Of a DNA stretch of 64,000 nucleotides, positions 27,080-41,111 are shown piece after piece; position 1 is the stretch's first letter, and every line of letters starts with the position of its first letter. Origin of the DNA: Camelus ferus. Its lineage: Eukaryota. A model generated the notes under the pieces. It made no database searches, was not told the DNA's origin, and saw only the letters and a program-made list of their open reading frames with translations. The translations under genes and the position numbers were made by a program. Location of the stretch: contig NC_045696.1 of assembly GCF_009834535.1 (NCBI RefSeq), positions 86,616,001 through 86,680,000 on the forward strand. Direction: 5' to 3'.

Positions 27080-27312
27080 TGGAGTGAAATATAGGGAGTT
27101 TGGGATGTGCAGATACTAACTACTAGATATGAAATAGATAAACAAGGTCTTACTGTATGTATAGCACAGAGAATTATATTCAGTATCTTGTAATAGCCTA
27201 TAATGAAAAAGAGTATGAAAAGGAATGTATATGTATAACTGAATCACTACGCTGTACGTCAGAAATTAGCACAACATTGTAAACTGACTATACTTGGAAC
27301 AAAAAATAACAA
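27080..27312 (+). mobile_element. Camelid/cetartiodactyl L1 3' end
   Basis: gggagtttgggatgtgcagatact...tagcacagagaattatattcagtatcttgtaa...cacaacattgtaaactgactatactt-A tail. Confidence 0.85.
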
Positions 27313-30300
27313 ATATGAATACTATCTTAAATCACCTAAAAAAAGAGTGGATATGTAGTATTTTGTGCAGAATGGTATATCATATTTATTAGTTAGACTA
27401 AGATATCCAAGCTGAAGTCATTAATAATGATTATGTAAAATTACATAATATTCAAAGCTAACATTTTTAGTATATGATATACAATTTTAATTTTTCCAGA
27501 TGTCTCTGAATCATCATTAAGAGCATCAATTACAGTGATATGCATATGACTCACATTCATATTCTATAAATTGTCAAAATAAGAGCTTATATATCAGCAA
27601 TAATCTTTATTTTAAAATACTAATTTTGTTATACATTCTGTATATTTTAGTTTGAGAAACTTTTATCCCTTAAACAGGAAATTAACATTCTCTCTCTCAT
27701 GAATTTAACATATGGATATTAATAGTTAAGCATTCATTCCAATCAACCGTTCTATATTATGCTTCTTCTTTTTCTCTAGATACTTAGGGTTATCTTCTCT
27801 TTTGTTACCTCTGGAATAACATATTGGAGCATAAGAAATATAAAATGATAATGCAATTTCATTAGAAAATAATATTGTATGGCTTTCCTGATAAATGCAG
27901 AATGAGAGCAAAACCTAACTCTTGCTGGTTTTTTAGTTTTAGACTATTTTATGAATTTTCTGCAACTATCAAGGTTATCATCATCAAATCAGCCTAGATT
28001 TTAATTATTTTCATATTTTATGCTTGGTACATTTATGATTATTTTTAACAGTCTGTAAAGCTCATAGCTTAGTTTCAAAAAAAAAATGCTGTGTGACTTT
28101 ATATTGAACTCTTTCTCTCCTGAATTATTATTATCATTCGTTAAGTTCTCTTTTCTCATCTATCAGCCTCCTAAGTATAACAAAAAAATCCTGAGATATG
28201 AATAAAGCCTTCTGTAAGATATCTCAAAAATCTTCTATTTTTTTCAATTTTTTATTTTTGAAGTTAAATTTCTGCTTGAATTTTTAATCATATTTCACCA
28301 AAATGAGTATTCCAAATGCACTGTATGATACATTTTTCTTCAAATTCAGAAATTTAAAGTACATTTTATTTTCTATATTATAGATTTGCTTTATATACAT
28401 AGATATGTGCAAACAGATACACCCTAACCATTTATCTAGACAAGAGATAAATGTAATTTATTTCTATACAAAATCAAGAAGTCTGTTTTTATTTCTGCTT
28501 TTTTGCTTCACCTGTTTTCACAATCAATAAACTATATAAAATATTTACAAAAGGTCAGAGGGACAGTGTAGAATGAGCCATATAGGTCTCAGTGGCTTCC
28601 TATTAATTCAGACAGAAAAGCCACAGGCCCATTAGGCTTTCATGGTGAGACTGTTGAAACACTCAGAGAAACACACTGAAGCCCGAGAGGGAATAAAGAT
28701 CTTTCTTTTTTGTTGTTGTTGTTATTAAAAGAATGCTAGGATAAGTCTCTGCACTTTAGCAAGATGACAGTTTGAAATATTCAGGGCAATTATAGACATG
28801 AAGCAAACTGAGAAACTATAAAGTTACAAGATTATACACTGAACCCATGAAATCTTACATGAACCTATTGGATTAAAAACTATAACCACTACCCTCATGA
28901 AGCTCTCCTTAACCTGCCGTTACTGAGCTATCTCTTTATTGTATTTTATCATTTAATTTACAAGAGAGCCACTGAATCCCAATTTTATAGTTAAAAAAAA
29001 TGCAAAACTGAGAAAGTAAATTACTTGTCCAAATTTATAATTTTTGTAGCAGGAATTTAATACTATATTTATATGGTTATAAATCAGATACCACAATGTT
29101 CCTATCTCATTTCCACTTTATTTTTAGGTATTTTTAAAGTAAATTAGGACAATAAGTAAAAGCTAAAAAATTAAAGTAAAATGCAATGTTTTAAACATAC
29201 TGCAGAGTTTTCTCTTATTGTGTGTTGAGTATTTAAAATGACAAATTATCTTAGATTAAAGTTTTCAGAAAGGCTTATTATAAGCTTCAAATTAAACTCA
29301 AAACAGAACTATCGTACAAAAAATATTTTATGTAGTGTTGGAACTTTTACTTTCTTTTGTAAAGTTGCAATTTTTGTTTGTATTTGGTGTTTTGTTCTAC
29401 TAAAATCGAGAAAAAAAAACGTAGTTCATGAAGTTATTGGGTCCTTAATTTAATCAACACCATTAAAAATCAGTTATAGAGGTGTTCTAAACAGGATCTA
29501 AACAAAATCACCTGAGAAATTTTTATGAATGGAGTTACTCTACTCTGATCTCTGAAATCAGCCCACACTTTTAATTTTTAGGAAAAATAAAAAGCTTCAT
29601 AGCTATTTCTACTCCAAGAATGGAAGAAACATGCTATTAAACTTTACAATAATTACAGCAAAACATTTTTGTTTCCGTGACAAAAAATGGTCTCATTTTC
29701 ACAAACTCTAAATACATTATGTGGCCACAGGAAGTAACCTAAGAGTTAAATGCAAATATTATTTTAAATATAGCACTTAGCAAAATCACTGTACTTATAA
29801 TGTGCCTTTTTATACCTATAAATCAATGAAAAATATAATCTTCTCAACTATCTTTTTTTAATACTAATAAGAGAGAAGGATGTAATTAATATATTCAGTC
29901 AAGGTTACACTGACCTTTAAAATTCTGTTATAGCTATATGCAACTTTATATAATGAAAAGTTCCCTTTGGAGCTTTATAAGCTATAAGTAAATTTGTAGA
30001 ATAATGAAGATGTAATAAATCAGATCTAGGAGAGTAAGCAGAATACTGCTTGTTGATCAAAATACTTATTTTCCATCACTGGCACTGCTACTATATGTAG
30101 GATCTGACCTACTTTGTGGTGCTTTCTGCCAGATCTGTGCCTAACATACAATTTGGGGACCTAGCACGCTCAAGAGGAGGAAGGATCCAGAAAAAAAAAG
30201 GGAAAATTGGTGACAAAGGTTATATAGGGGAAATTTACAATAATTGGTATTCCTGACTAAGTGGCAAGAGAGCCCAAGCTCAAATGTAGTGTCTGATGGT

Positions 30301-33300
30301 AGACCGAACAGTGAAAATATTATAATAGAAAAGAAGGCAAAACTGTGGATACAGATACAAGGATATCAGTAGAGGTAAACTTTGAAATTATGATTTACTT
30401 CTATGACTTTTGAAAAGTAACCCAGGTGATTATAGTACACAATCATTGTTGAGAACTACTGTCTAAGTTTGGACAATGGGGTAAGAGGCTGAGACTAGGA
30501 TTAGAAGAAAGTGTCAAGACCCTGGAAAGACAGGAATGGCTGAACTGTTGATATCTCCAGAAATTAGAATTTTTAGTAGAAAGATATACCATAATCCATG
30601 TGCTGGCAAGAGTTGCTACAATCTGAAGGCATGAACTTCAAAGATGTTAAGATATTTTAAGAAGGTTGGAGGTGGTCACTGGTCAGGAAGCAGCAGCAAA
30701 GAGCAAGAAAGGTATAAAGTAGAAGACGCTGCTTTTACACTTTTAAGGAAATAAATAAATGCCAATAATTACAATGTTAGCCTTCTTGTCTCTACAATGG
30801 GACTGTGGTATTTAACATGGTATTACCTTTTAATCTTTTAGATTCTACAATTATTATTTAGCTTTTGAACTTTTCTGTATAGTTTTCTTTCCCAAAATTC
30901 CTTCCAGCTTAGTTAATGACTCTATTTAAACCCCATAAATAGGTTTAACTTCACTTCAGCTTTTCAGTCCAATCCCTACCCTAGCCTGTAGTTTTGAAAT
31001 TGGCTTCACATGATAACTCATGGAACTTGAAAATAAAACAAGCAAAAGCTAGTGCCCATATTTCGCCCTGCTCAAGATGCTTTTTCAATTGTTCTGAGGT
31101 TCAGTCTAGGTGTTCTTAAAAGGTCCCTGTGTGATTCTAAAGCACTTCAAGGTAGAAAACCTCAGCCCTAGGTGAGGGAAACCCAAAGCATCAGCAGCAC
31201 ATTAGCTAAAAGCAAATGCACAAACAAACAAACAGAAACAAGCTTTCTGCTGGTTCTTCTCTGTCATTTTTCTCAATCATGAACCAACTCAAAAGAAAAA
31301 AAAAAAAAAACACAAAACATTTATGGCTATTTTCTCCCACCCTGAATTTCTTGCCTCCTCCTCTACTTTTCTGCCCATTCTGATCCTCATCCTTCCTGGA
31401 TGTGATTGTCAACCACCCCTGCAGATTACATTTTGAAGAATTTTTAGATTATTTTGATATATTCTTGTACTCCCTTTTTGGCCTCCCCATTTCTCCCTCC
31501 TTCCACCCTTTCCTTCCTTCATTTCCTCTTTCAATGTACTTCAGGAAAATTCCTAAGTTTTAAGACATACTTTAATTCAAATTGTCAAGAACACTAACCG
31601 AGACTACAAAGCCCTGAAAGTGTGCTCTTTTTTAAAAAACTTGACCCTCTTTAGACTAACAGCATATATTATCTGACATTCTAATCCTAATTTTCATCTG
31701 TCCTGACCTCCTAACTGCATTCCAAGCACTCGACTCGGGATATATAGATCTTTAATTCAACCTGAAGAAGTCAAATTAGTTTATACTTATGTATATGTTA
31801 CATTTTTTCAAGCATTCATTCTAAAAATGAATTTATTCTGCTTTAAGTGTATTTCGGGTGGCACGAAGCTTTGATTATTGCATCACCCTTTCAAATACTG
31901 CATTCATTGAAAACCTCATTTAAAATATTTAACATTAAAAAATTCATGAGATTCTTTTCATGTTGCAATCACCACTTATGAAAATATAAGAAAACTCATC
32001 ATTTTAGTTAATGTTTGAGTTTGCAGTATTTCTCTATCCACCTTGATGAAATGAGCATTTTATGGAGAAGCCACAGCAAGAACAATGAAAATGTCATTAC
32101 ACTTCCTACATAAGCTAACATCAAGATGAGTTTTCAAGTATTCCCTCTACACCACAGAAGCACCTAGAGCAAAAGTGATCAAGCTGTGCTGTTAGGAGCC
32201 AGGATTTTGCTTAGTTTTGTTCTGTCTGTTTTCACTACAGCTTCCTTTATGTTCAAAGAAAGGGGAGACAAGCTCTGTCATGTCTCTGGCTCATCACCCC
32301 CCACCTCTAACCAGAGAACCAGAGGTGGCAGTGTAGAGCTACTTGACATTTACTGAATCTATACTTATTTTGTTCTTAAGTAAAGGGCTTGGCTTGCATT
32401 AAAAAAAAGTTGAAGATCACTGGCCTAGAGGCCAAATAACATAGATCATAAAGAGTCTGCTGAGTATATCGATAGTAGGCTTTCCTGTGTGTGTGCGCGT
32501 GCGCTTGTGTGTGTGTACATGTAGTCTTAAGTTAAAACTTTTGTTATGAATTCCAGGAATGTTTGGGATCCATACAGCATAGACACTGGTCATCAACCTC
32601 CATATAAATTGTATATGTATAAATTGTTCTCTCCATTTATCCTGAGGAAAAGCAGAAGGGCAAGGGTACCCATGAAAGAAGTTGAGAGGAAAACAAGTTG
32701 ATGGCTTTAAGCACAGTGTTATTTGGGGGAATTGGCGTGTACTTACTCCCTCATAAAGCATCTTTTAATGGAAAGCTGGAAAGCAACAGGAAAATAATTG
32801 GCATTTGGTAATGATACTGCTCTGAGTGTTGCATGTATTCTTTGAGAGACATGATGATAATCCAAACAAGTAGTAGTAGTTTTCTAAAAAGAAAAAAAAA
32901 TTTTGCCATGGAATTTTGAAATGCTGTTAGGTCTATTATTCTGACAATAATTGAAATTGATTTTGACAGTAGACTATGAAGTTAACATAAAGTTAGTTAC
33001 AGCTTGATAGAGAATACAAAGCTGGCAGCTTTAAAGCAGCCACCTATAGCTTCAGATGTTTTGGGGAAATAATAGCTCAGGCACTCATTTTTATTTATCT
33101 GTACACAGCAGTATTTGAATTCAAAAAAAGATTCTGGATTATTCAAACACTTTTGAAAGGGAAAAGTCCTTTGAACATTTTTGTTTAAGTAATTGATAAG
33201 ATGTACTCCAGCGCAATTTTGAAGGATACAAATTGAAGTCCATGTTAATTTTCCTTATCCAAGAGGTCTTTGAAGATATGTAGTTTCTTTTGTGAAACCA

Positions 33301-34197
33301 AGTAAAAGATCTACCTACAGGAAAAAGATTCTTTTGTGATAAAAATAATATAGAAAGACTGGATAAGAGGTGAAATGTTATGATAACTATTCTATACAAT
33401 GGCATATATATATGTTATATAAGGCATCTCAACATGGTTTTCTCCTGTTACTGTCTTTGCTAAGTTCTTGTGATTAGACACAATGGTATTTCTTAGTGCA
33501 AGTAGAACAAAAAAAATTCAAGTGAAGGGCAGTTTATGTTGGTAAAAAAGTTTTAGAAGTGGAAATTTTTGTGCAAAGTTGGATAAAGTCAAAGAGTTTA
33601 ATTGTGCAGCAGTTTATGCATATATATATTATATATATATATATATATATAATTTTAGACAGTGCCTCACTAAGTATAGCATTCTGCCTCAACTCATCAA
33701 CAAAACAGATGTAAGAAAACTGACTCATTCATTTGATGTTAGAAGATATTCATAGGAAACATGAGACTCTAATGGAGTAATAATAATTCTGGATAACAGA
33801 ATATTACCATTGGTGAACAGTGAATTTTTCTGTGAAAACTCATGATATTTAAAAAGTAGGCAACTACTTCTTATTAGAAACACAACCACCACTGACAAAT
33901 CTACCCTTGTGTACCTGATTTGGGCTAGAGGGCTGCCAGGTTTCAGCCTCCGCTAGAGATACTCCTTCAGTGTAAGCACTGACATGGAAGTTCACCTGAG
34001 AGAGGCCATGATCCCACTCTGAATGTGAGGTTACTTGAAAAGCTGCCTTGAGTTACCACAATCCTAATAAACCTTGTGTGTTACAGCTCATACTGTTTTT
34101 GTATCCCTTAGCACAGGGGATACTCATGGAAATCTCATTATTCCAGCATGACAGGAAAGGGAATAGAGGTTAAGAACAATTTGGGGGGGGGGGGGGA

Positions 34198-34425
34198 AGG
34201 TGGTGAGAACATTTAGGATCTAGTCTTCTAGCCACTTTGAAGTATGTAATATAATTTCGTTACATTATGCATTATCCCTCCAGAACTTATTTATCACCTA
34301 AGTGCAAATTTGTACCCTTTGACCAACATCTCCCTAATTTCCCCACTCTCACTCCCTGGTAACCATCATTTTACTCTCTGTTTCTACAAGTTCAGGTTTT
34401 TTTAGATTCTACATGTAAGTGATAA
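34198..34425 (-). mobile_element. L1MA9-like 3'UTR fragment
   Basis: gtggtgagaacatttaggatct...ttgtaccctttgaccaacatctccc...ccctggtaaccatcattttactctctgtttcta...tttagattctacatgtaagtga. Confidence 0.8.
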
Positions 34426-37389
34426 ATCAATGAACATACAGAGATGAAGACTGTACCATGTGAACATGATTTCATTATCTGTATTTTTCTCATTAGCATT
34501 TTTATCAAATTTCCACAACCCAGGGCTAGTAAAAGAAACATGGACATTCCATACAAATTTCCTTTTCTGCATCTACTGAGGTGATAGTATGATTTTTATT
34601 TTTCATTTTATTGACATGATGATGTATTAAATTTATTGGAAATCTACATTTTATTATATTAATGTGTTTTACCATTTAATACAATTTGTAAGTAAGTGCA
34701 TTAACATTTATAGTCCCAAATGTTTGTAAAACATACTGTGTATGTGTATATATACATACATTTATATATACACATATATGTGTATGTGTGTGTACACTTT
34801 ATCATATTGTCAACTTTGTCTTAATCATACCATATAATGTAGTTAGTTGGAGGAAATCCCAATGTAAAAGAAAAAGCCAGTATTAATAAATTCTATGCAT
34901 TTACGCCTCTGAGATCATATAAAAATAGCATATATACTTTGAGGACTGTCAGTTGGTTGTACAACTCATGCATAGAAGGGATTTTTTATAATTGTTATAT
35001 ATGAAGAGAAAAATATAAAAATGAATTTTACATTTAACTTTTGTTTTTCTCCATTTGGTCCTGAAATACATATGTGTAAGTACCAGTGAGAGAGCATTTA
35101 TTCTCTTTCAACTTCCTCAACTCTGCATAAATTTTTTTTCCTCTGTTCTGATGTTCTTATTCTCTTTTCAATTTAACATGCTAACAGACTCACAATGCAA
35201 ACTTAGTTTTTGTCTAATTCTAGATATTTGAAAACTAACAGAATATTTAGATGGCATTTCAAATTCTCACAATTATTATGGAACTCCTCCTCTTATCTAA
35301 AAGCATTTTCTATGGTCATCAATCTATTTATTTTGATTACTTTGATTGGGAGAGAAAATAAACATTCTTTTGTGTGTGTTTTGACATTGTTGGGAAGCTA
35401 ATTGCAGGTCATAATGATAAACAATAACAATGAATGTAGATTTGGAGAAATATATGAGTGGTTTAGCTTCAGTTGTATATAGATGAATAGCATAAACTGA
35501 CACACTGAAGACATTGATAGACCTCTGTATTTCTAAGTCAAGATATTTATATAATTAAAAATCTGCATTATGTTATTCTTACTCTAGTGAAGCTATAATT
35601 TCAATGGGAAGCATATTAAATAATCTTAAACAATATATTCTATCATGCTGATTTAGCTTCTTTTCTACATAACTTGACTTTTTCAATCTAACTCTAAATT
35701 ACAGAAAGCAACCACAGATAATTTAAAATCAGAAGTAAAATACTACCATGATAAAAATTATCATGCCTATTAAGAATAATTGTAATAAACAACAAACATA
35801 TTTTGCATTAGTTATATGCACCACTGAGTCAAATAAAATACCAAGAATTATCCTGTTTTACCATAAAAAAACCTGTCAGTTATTATTTTTCCTATTTAAT
35901 ATATGAGATATAGTTTAATAAAAGATAAGTAATCTTCTAATAGTCTCAAGGCTTGTAAGACAAGGAGTTAGAATTTGGTTTCACTTCTGTCAGATTCCAG
36001 ACACAAGTTCTTTCCTACTACATCATGCTGTTATCATAATAATGTAATCTTTTGATTCTCAATCATTTGCTTCATGCTTCTATATAAACAATGCATGATA
36101 AGAAGTAACTGGGCATGAATTCCCTGAATGAGGTTTATTATAGAAAAAAAAAAACACTGAATATATTTTAATTTTTGATTCATTTAAACCATGTGGAAGA
36201 AAATATTAAATTCATGTTAATATTTAACTTTTGCCAAATAAAATTATAGAAAAAAAAACACTAAATATAGCTTTTGAAGTCTATTTAAATCATGCTTTCA
36301 TTTAGATTCCTACATAGAAGGAAAATATTTCCACACATGGACAAATGTACCAGATTAATTTATCTTCTTCTCCATGTGTGCAGTTTGTGTAAAAAAGTTT
36401 TGTTGTGGCTGTTTATGAAAGAGTTTCATTTCTAGAGGTGAAGGTGAAACGAGCATTTCCCAGATTGCCACAGTTATTTCAGTAGTTAATTTGCTTTTAT
36501 TGACTTCCAAGGCTTCCTACTGAGAAATTTCCTGGCTGGTGTTCTTAAAATTGTAGTGAATGTCTTCATCTTTGCTCATTCCTCTGAAGTTAAAATATGG
36601 CTTTTCAACCTCCTCTTTGAGATTTATCAATTTGTTACATTTCTCATAAACACAAAGTATGTTTCATTCAACATCTCCAAAATTCTAAATGCATTTTTTG
36701 TTAGTTCTCTCTGAACTGAACGCATCTGGGACAAACTATATTACATATAGTTTATATATTACATATACAGTCTATACACAGACACCTATATACATTTTAA
36801 AGTAAATTCAATAATTGTCATCATTTTTATTTGCTTCTCTATGAAATATAAATGGCTTTAGATACCAGATTTTAGGGTAATTATTGCCTTATTTTTGATA
36901 CCTAATAGCAGACTGCTGGTTCTGGCGCTGAGAACTACAGTAAGTACAGGTGAAGGAAATTATAACAAAATTAACAGTGGAAAAAAATCAGAAAAAGGCA
37001 AGAAGGTAGTTATATCATTTTAGCTAGATAGCCTTCACTAAAAAGTAATTCTGTAGAATTCTCATTAGCAAATATTTGATTACCAAATTTCTTTTATATT
37101 TGTTATATTTTATTGGTAAACCTAATGTGAAGCAAATTAGGAGAATAGAGACCTATCCAAGTTACAAACATAATGCTATCTGTATCTTCCCAATAGAGAC
37201 TTCAAATTTTGGAATGGACTGTGTGAGATATATGAGAGAAAGTGGATTTTCAACAGAGTGTCAGCTGACACTTGAAAATCATTTTTTCATTTTGGTAAGT
37301 AGCAGTGCTAAAATTAACAGGACAAACTTCCACTTCTGGGAATATGCAGTAGATGTAATTTCCCCCTTTTTTCAGGAGTAAGTACAACT

Positions 37390-37640
37390 AACAAACCTAG
37401 AAAGGTTCTGATAAGGAGTTCTACTGGCTAGGGCCTTGGGGACCCAGGGAATGACTTGGTGGTAAGTTCCCTGGTTTTCCTTTCGCCTTATATATTCCAG
37501 ACTTGGAGCCAGAGAAACCGGCAACCTGGAAAAAGCAATGGAGGCAAACAAAAATGTGTCCCCAAAAGCCTGCTCTGTCTAGTTCAAGAACCAGCACATG
37601 TGAAGCTTATGAAAGAAAATATTTAGAACTCCAATACTGA
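37390..37640 (+). mobile_element. L1MC/MD-like 5'UTR fragment
   Basis: gggccttggggacccagggaatgac...agttccctggttttcct...ccagacttggagc...caaaagcctgctct. Confidence 0.6.
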
Positions 37641-38465
37641 AAAACTGCAGAATTTTGGAATGCATTGCAAAATTCTATTCATAGTATATTAATTACTTAA
37701 TTACAAATAATGTTTTCCTATACAATCAAATAATTATTTTAGTAAGGTTGACCATTTGTATTATCTAGTAATACGCTATTCATTCTTCAAAAGCAGTCTA
37801 CATTATAATGGATAACTTCCTGAGTCACTCCATTTAAATGTTTCTGTTTGGCTGACAAGATTTCTCTGCTGCTGACAGTTCATTTCTCTAGGATCAACAC
37901 CTTGTAGAGAAAAGAACAATATTTTCTCTGCACTATCAGGTGCATAAGTAAGATGTCAAATGCAGCAAACACTTCTCTACCCTTAATGTGCTTCTTAAAA
38001 TTTTGAATGTTAAGTCATATAAGTATTCCTTGGATTATTATTTTACTGCCAACAGTATCTCTCAGTTTTATAGTGCTTATGAACTCTACAGAAATATTAT
38101 GTAAGCAGCTTATCTGGAAAACAATTTAGTCATTCCATAGTCTTTCTGGTATCTGATTTGGCAATATATACAATATATAAGATGTAAGAATGACATATCA
38201 AATGCAAGCTTATATTTATTTTGATTCATTCATTTTTAACATTTCTGGAATTTATGTGGAGTTGGTGAACTGCAGAAAAATAACGTGAACTGCAGAAAAA
38301 TACTGCTACATACAATCAAATGGTTGTTAGGTAACTTTTCTATTTAAGTCTTTTCTTAAGTTTTGTATTTTTAAGGTTTTCCAAAATATGCAAAGTAGAG
38401 AGGAGACCTCATCCCAACCCCAGTATTCAATAGTTATCAACATTTTGTCACACTTGCCTGATTTA

Positions 38466-38560
38466 TCCCTCCTTTTCCTTCTTCCTTCATTTCTTCCCTC
38501 CTTTCCTCTTTCCTCCCTTTCTTCTTTCCTCCCTTCCTTCCTTTCTTCCCTTTTCTTCTT
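38466..38560. repeat. TC-rich low-complexity tract
   Basis: Direct reading. Confidence 0.85.
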
Positions 38561-38564
38561 ATTA

Positions 38565-39030
38565 TAGATGGCTACATAAACTTTCCAGCCTTTCAGAAAG
38601 CATTTTGCAGTGTGATTTTGCAACTCCTCCCATCAAGGAGAGAGTCTATTTCTTCACACCTTGATTCTGGACCTGGCTGGTGACTTGCTTTGCCTAATGT
38701 GACGTTAGCAAACATAGGCCAAGTCTTTAAGAGAGCATGCATACTAGACTTCATCTTGTTTTGCTGTGTTTGAAACCTCAAGACCATCGTGTAAACAAAA
38801 TTAAGCTACACTGATGATAGGTAAAAGGCTAACTGAAGGAAAATCAAGTCCAGTGAACAACCTGTCAACTTCAAGAACAAATGAAAACCACCCTAGATTT
38901 CAGCCATCAGCGAACTATAAGCATTTGAGAGGGCTCAGTAAACACAAGCTGAGTTAGCCCAGACAAGAACAGCTGTTTATCTACAAAATTGAGAGTGAAG
39001 TCAATAAGCTATTGTTTTAAGCTATTAAAC
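38565..39030 (+). mobile_element. MaLR LTR (MLT1G/H-like)
   Basis: ttgcagtgtgattttgcaactcctcccatcaagg...gtgacttgctttg...ttgttttaagcta. Confidence 0.75.
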
Positions 39031-39419
39031 TATTATCCTTCCTTCCTTTCTTCCTTCCTTCCATTGTTCTTCTCTTCTTTTCTTAGTCACTTCTTTTCTT
39101 TTTAAGTCTCAGTAATATATACATATATTTTTAATATATGTATATATTTAAAAACTCCTAAAACCATGTTAGTTTTCTCATACATGCTCTGTACATATCT
39201 TAGTAAATAAGGGTATTTTGTTAACAATCAGAATACCATTATCTCACTTAATATTATGAACAAAAATGCCTTAACAATTAATATCCATTCAATATTTAAA
39301 GTATTCCAATTGTCTCAAAATAAATTTTATTGAGTTTTACTTTACTAGTAAGTTAATTATGAGATAGTGTTTTAAATAATATATGTATTTTAAATTAGCT
39401 ACTGTAGCTAGGTCAGAAC

Positions 39420-39690
39420 TCCAATGTCCCTTCAGCCCTGTACTACCTCTGGAATCTTGGTTCATTCCTCATTTGCCAGGAGTTGTTCCATTATTCCTTT
39501 TAGAGTCTGTCCTAGTACATGTGCAGTTCAGAATTCAGGCAAGCACCTAAGGAGTCCCCTGAGAAGATTACTCTGCCATCCTCCTCGTCTCTGGACCCAG
39601 CCCAGAAATTCTAGCCTCCTTAGCAAGACAGCCCCTATCCATTTGTGCTCCACTTCCTTGCACAGCAATTCTGAAATTTCACCCGGGATA
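39420..39690 (-). mobile_element. L1ME-type 5' region fragment
   Basis: acatgtgcagttcagaattcaggcaagcacctaaggagtcccct resembles antisense L1ME 5'UTR. Confidence 0.45.
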
Positions 39691-40771
39691 CTGAACCATG
39701 GAGTCTGTCTGTGCTCAAGAATGATGTTACAGACTCCCTTTAAGGCCAAATGTCTAGGTCAAAGGCCATACATTGTTTACTATATTTATAAGGAGGCAAT
39801 ATTTCCTCACTTGTAACTGCTCTGCCAGCTGGGGAGTTTCATTTATGCCAATTTATGCTATTTGTGTGGTAAAATCTGGGCAAGGTCTACAATGAAGTTT
39901 ACATGCATACATACACTGAATTTTCATTTATAAAAAAGATTTGTTTTAATTTTGTTAGACAAATAGTGACCTCACTAGTTCACAACGGATTTGTCTAGAA
40001 AGAGTCAGTGTGAGTTAGTTTTAATGTTCAATGAACATATATTATAATTATTTTTGTTATTGTACTAGAGCCAGAATTAATATAATCCACCATAGAAAAT
40101 TAATGTAAGTGAATGAATTCTTATTCTGGGATCTTAGCCATAGACATGCAGATTAGTGTTTGCTGGAAAATTTTATAAACAAAATCACAGACTAGTAATT
40201 TTCACACTCTGAATAGGGTAGTTTGATCTAGTTCATCTTTCAGTTTTAATTTTCTCACTAATATTTTCTAAGTTAAATTGATATACTCAGGGGAAATGAC
40301 CTCTGAAACAGTTTATAAAAGATCCATAGTTTAGTCTGAAATATTAAGCAGTTGTTAAATATATTTCTAACTTTTAATTTCATTTTAAATGAACAATCTT
40401 TATATTATATTTAAACAATTTTTAAATAAATGGAGTGAATTGTCATTTATTTATAGCATTAAAGTTTGAGGGAAAGTAGAATGTAGAAAGATGTTGATTG
40501 ATAAGCCAAATTTTGGATGTTTATTTGTTATTTAAAATTGCATCTGGATTTTCATTTTTAAATATACTTTTATGGTTAAAACTAGTATTTTGTAATCCCA
40601 TGTGCAATTAGCTAATGTCAGTGTTAAATATCCTTATATGATGCTGGAGAACCACAGTAGATAAATTGAGTAAACCAATTTCCTTAATGTTATTGGTCAA
40701 ATGTAAAATAAGCAAATATTTCAGATTTTCCATATATTAGTATGATTAACACATGTATAGCTAGTATGCCT

Positions 40772-41111
40772 TGTGGTATGGTCTGAATTTATCTATTGAA
40801 GTCTTAACCTCCAATACTTTAGAATATGATTCTCTTTGAAAATAGGGCCTTTAAAAAGGTCATTAATTTACAATGAAGCTCTTAGTGTGGGCCTTAATCT
40901 AACCTGACTGGTGTTTTTATAAGAAGAGAAGATTAGGACATAAAGAGAAAAACAACTGGGGCATCTGTACATGGAGGGATGACCAGTGAAGAGACAACAA
41001 GAGGACATCCATCTGCAAGTCAAAAGAGGCCTCAGAAGAAACCAACCCTGCTAGGACCACAATCTTAATATTAATGGGATTTTGTTATGGCAGCCCTACC
41101 AAACTCATACA
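40772..41111 (+). mobile_element. MaLR solo LTR (MLT1A-like)
   Basis: tgtggtatggtctgaat...tgaaaatagggcctttaaa...gactggtgtttttataagaagagaagattaggaca...ggcctcagaagaaaccaaccctgc...ttgttatggcagcccta...aca. Confidence 0.85.

Noticed and set aside
33139..33405. 88-aa ORF with an internal acceptor-like site
   Set aside because: No recognisable protein and no matching donor
34183..34196. G14 run (also C12 at 16599-16610; poly-A/T at ~22288, ~55134 and ~60048)
   Set aside because: Simple homopolymers with no associated structure; lengths are error-prone
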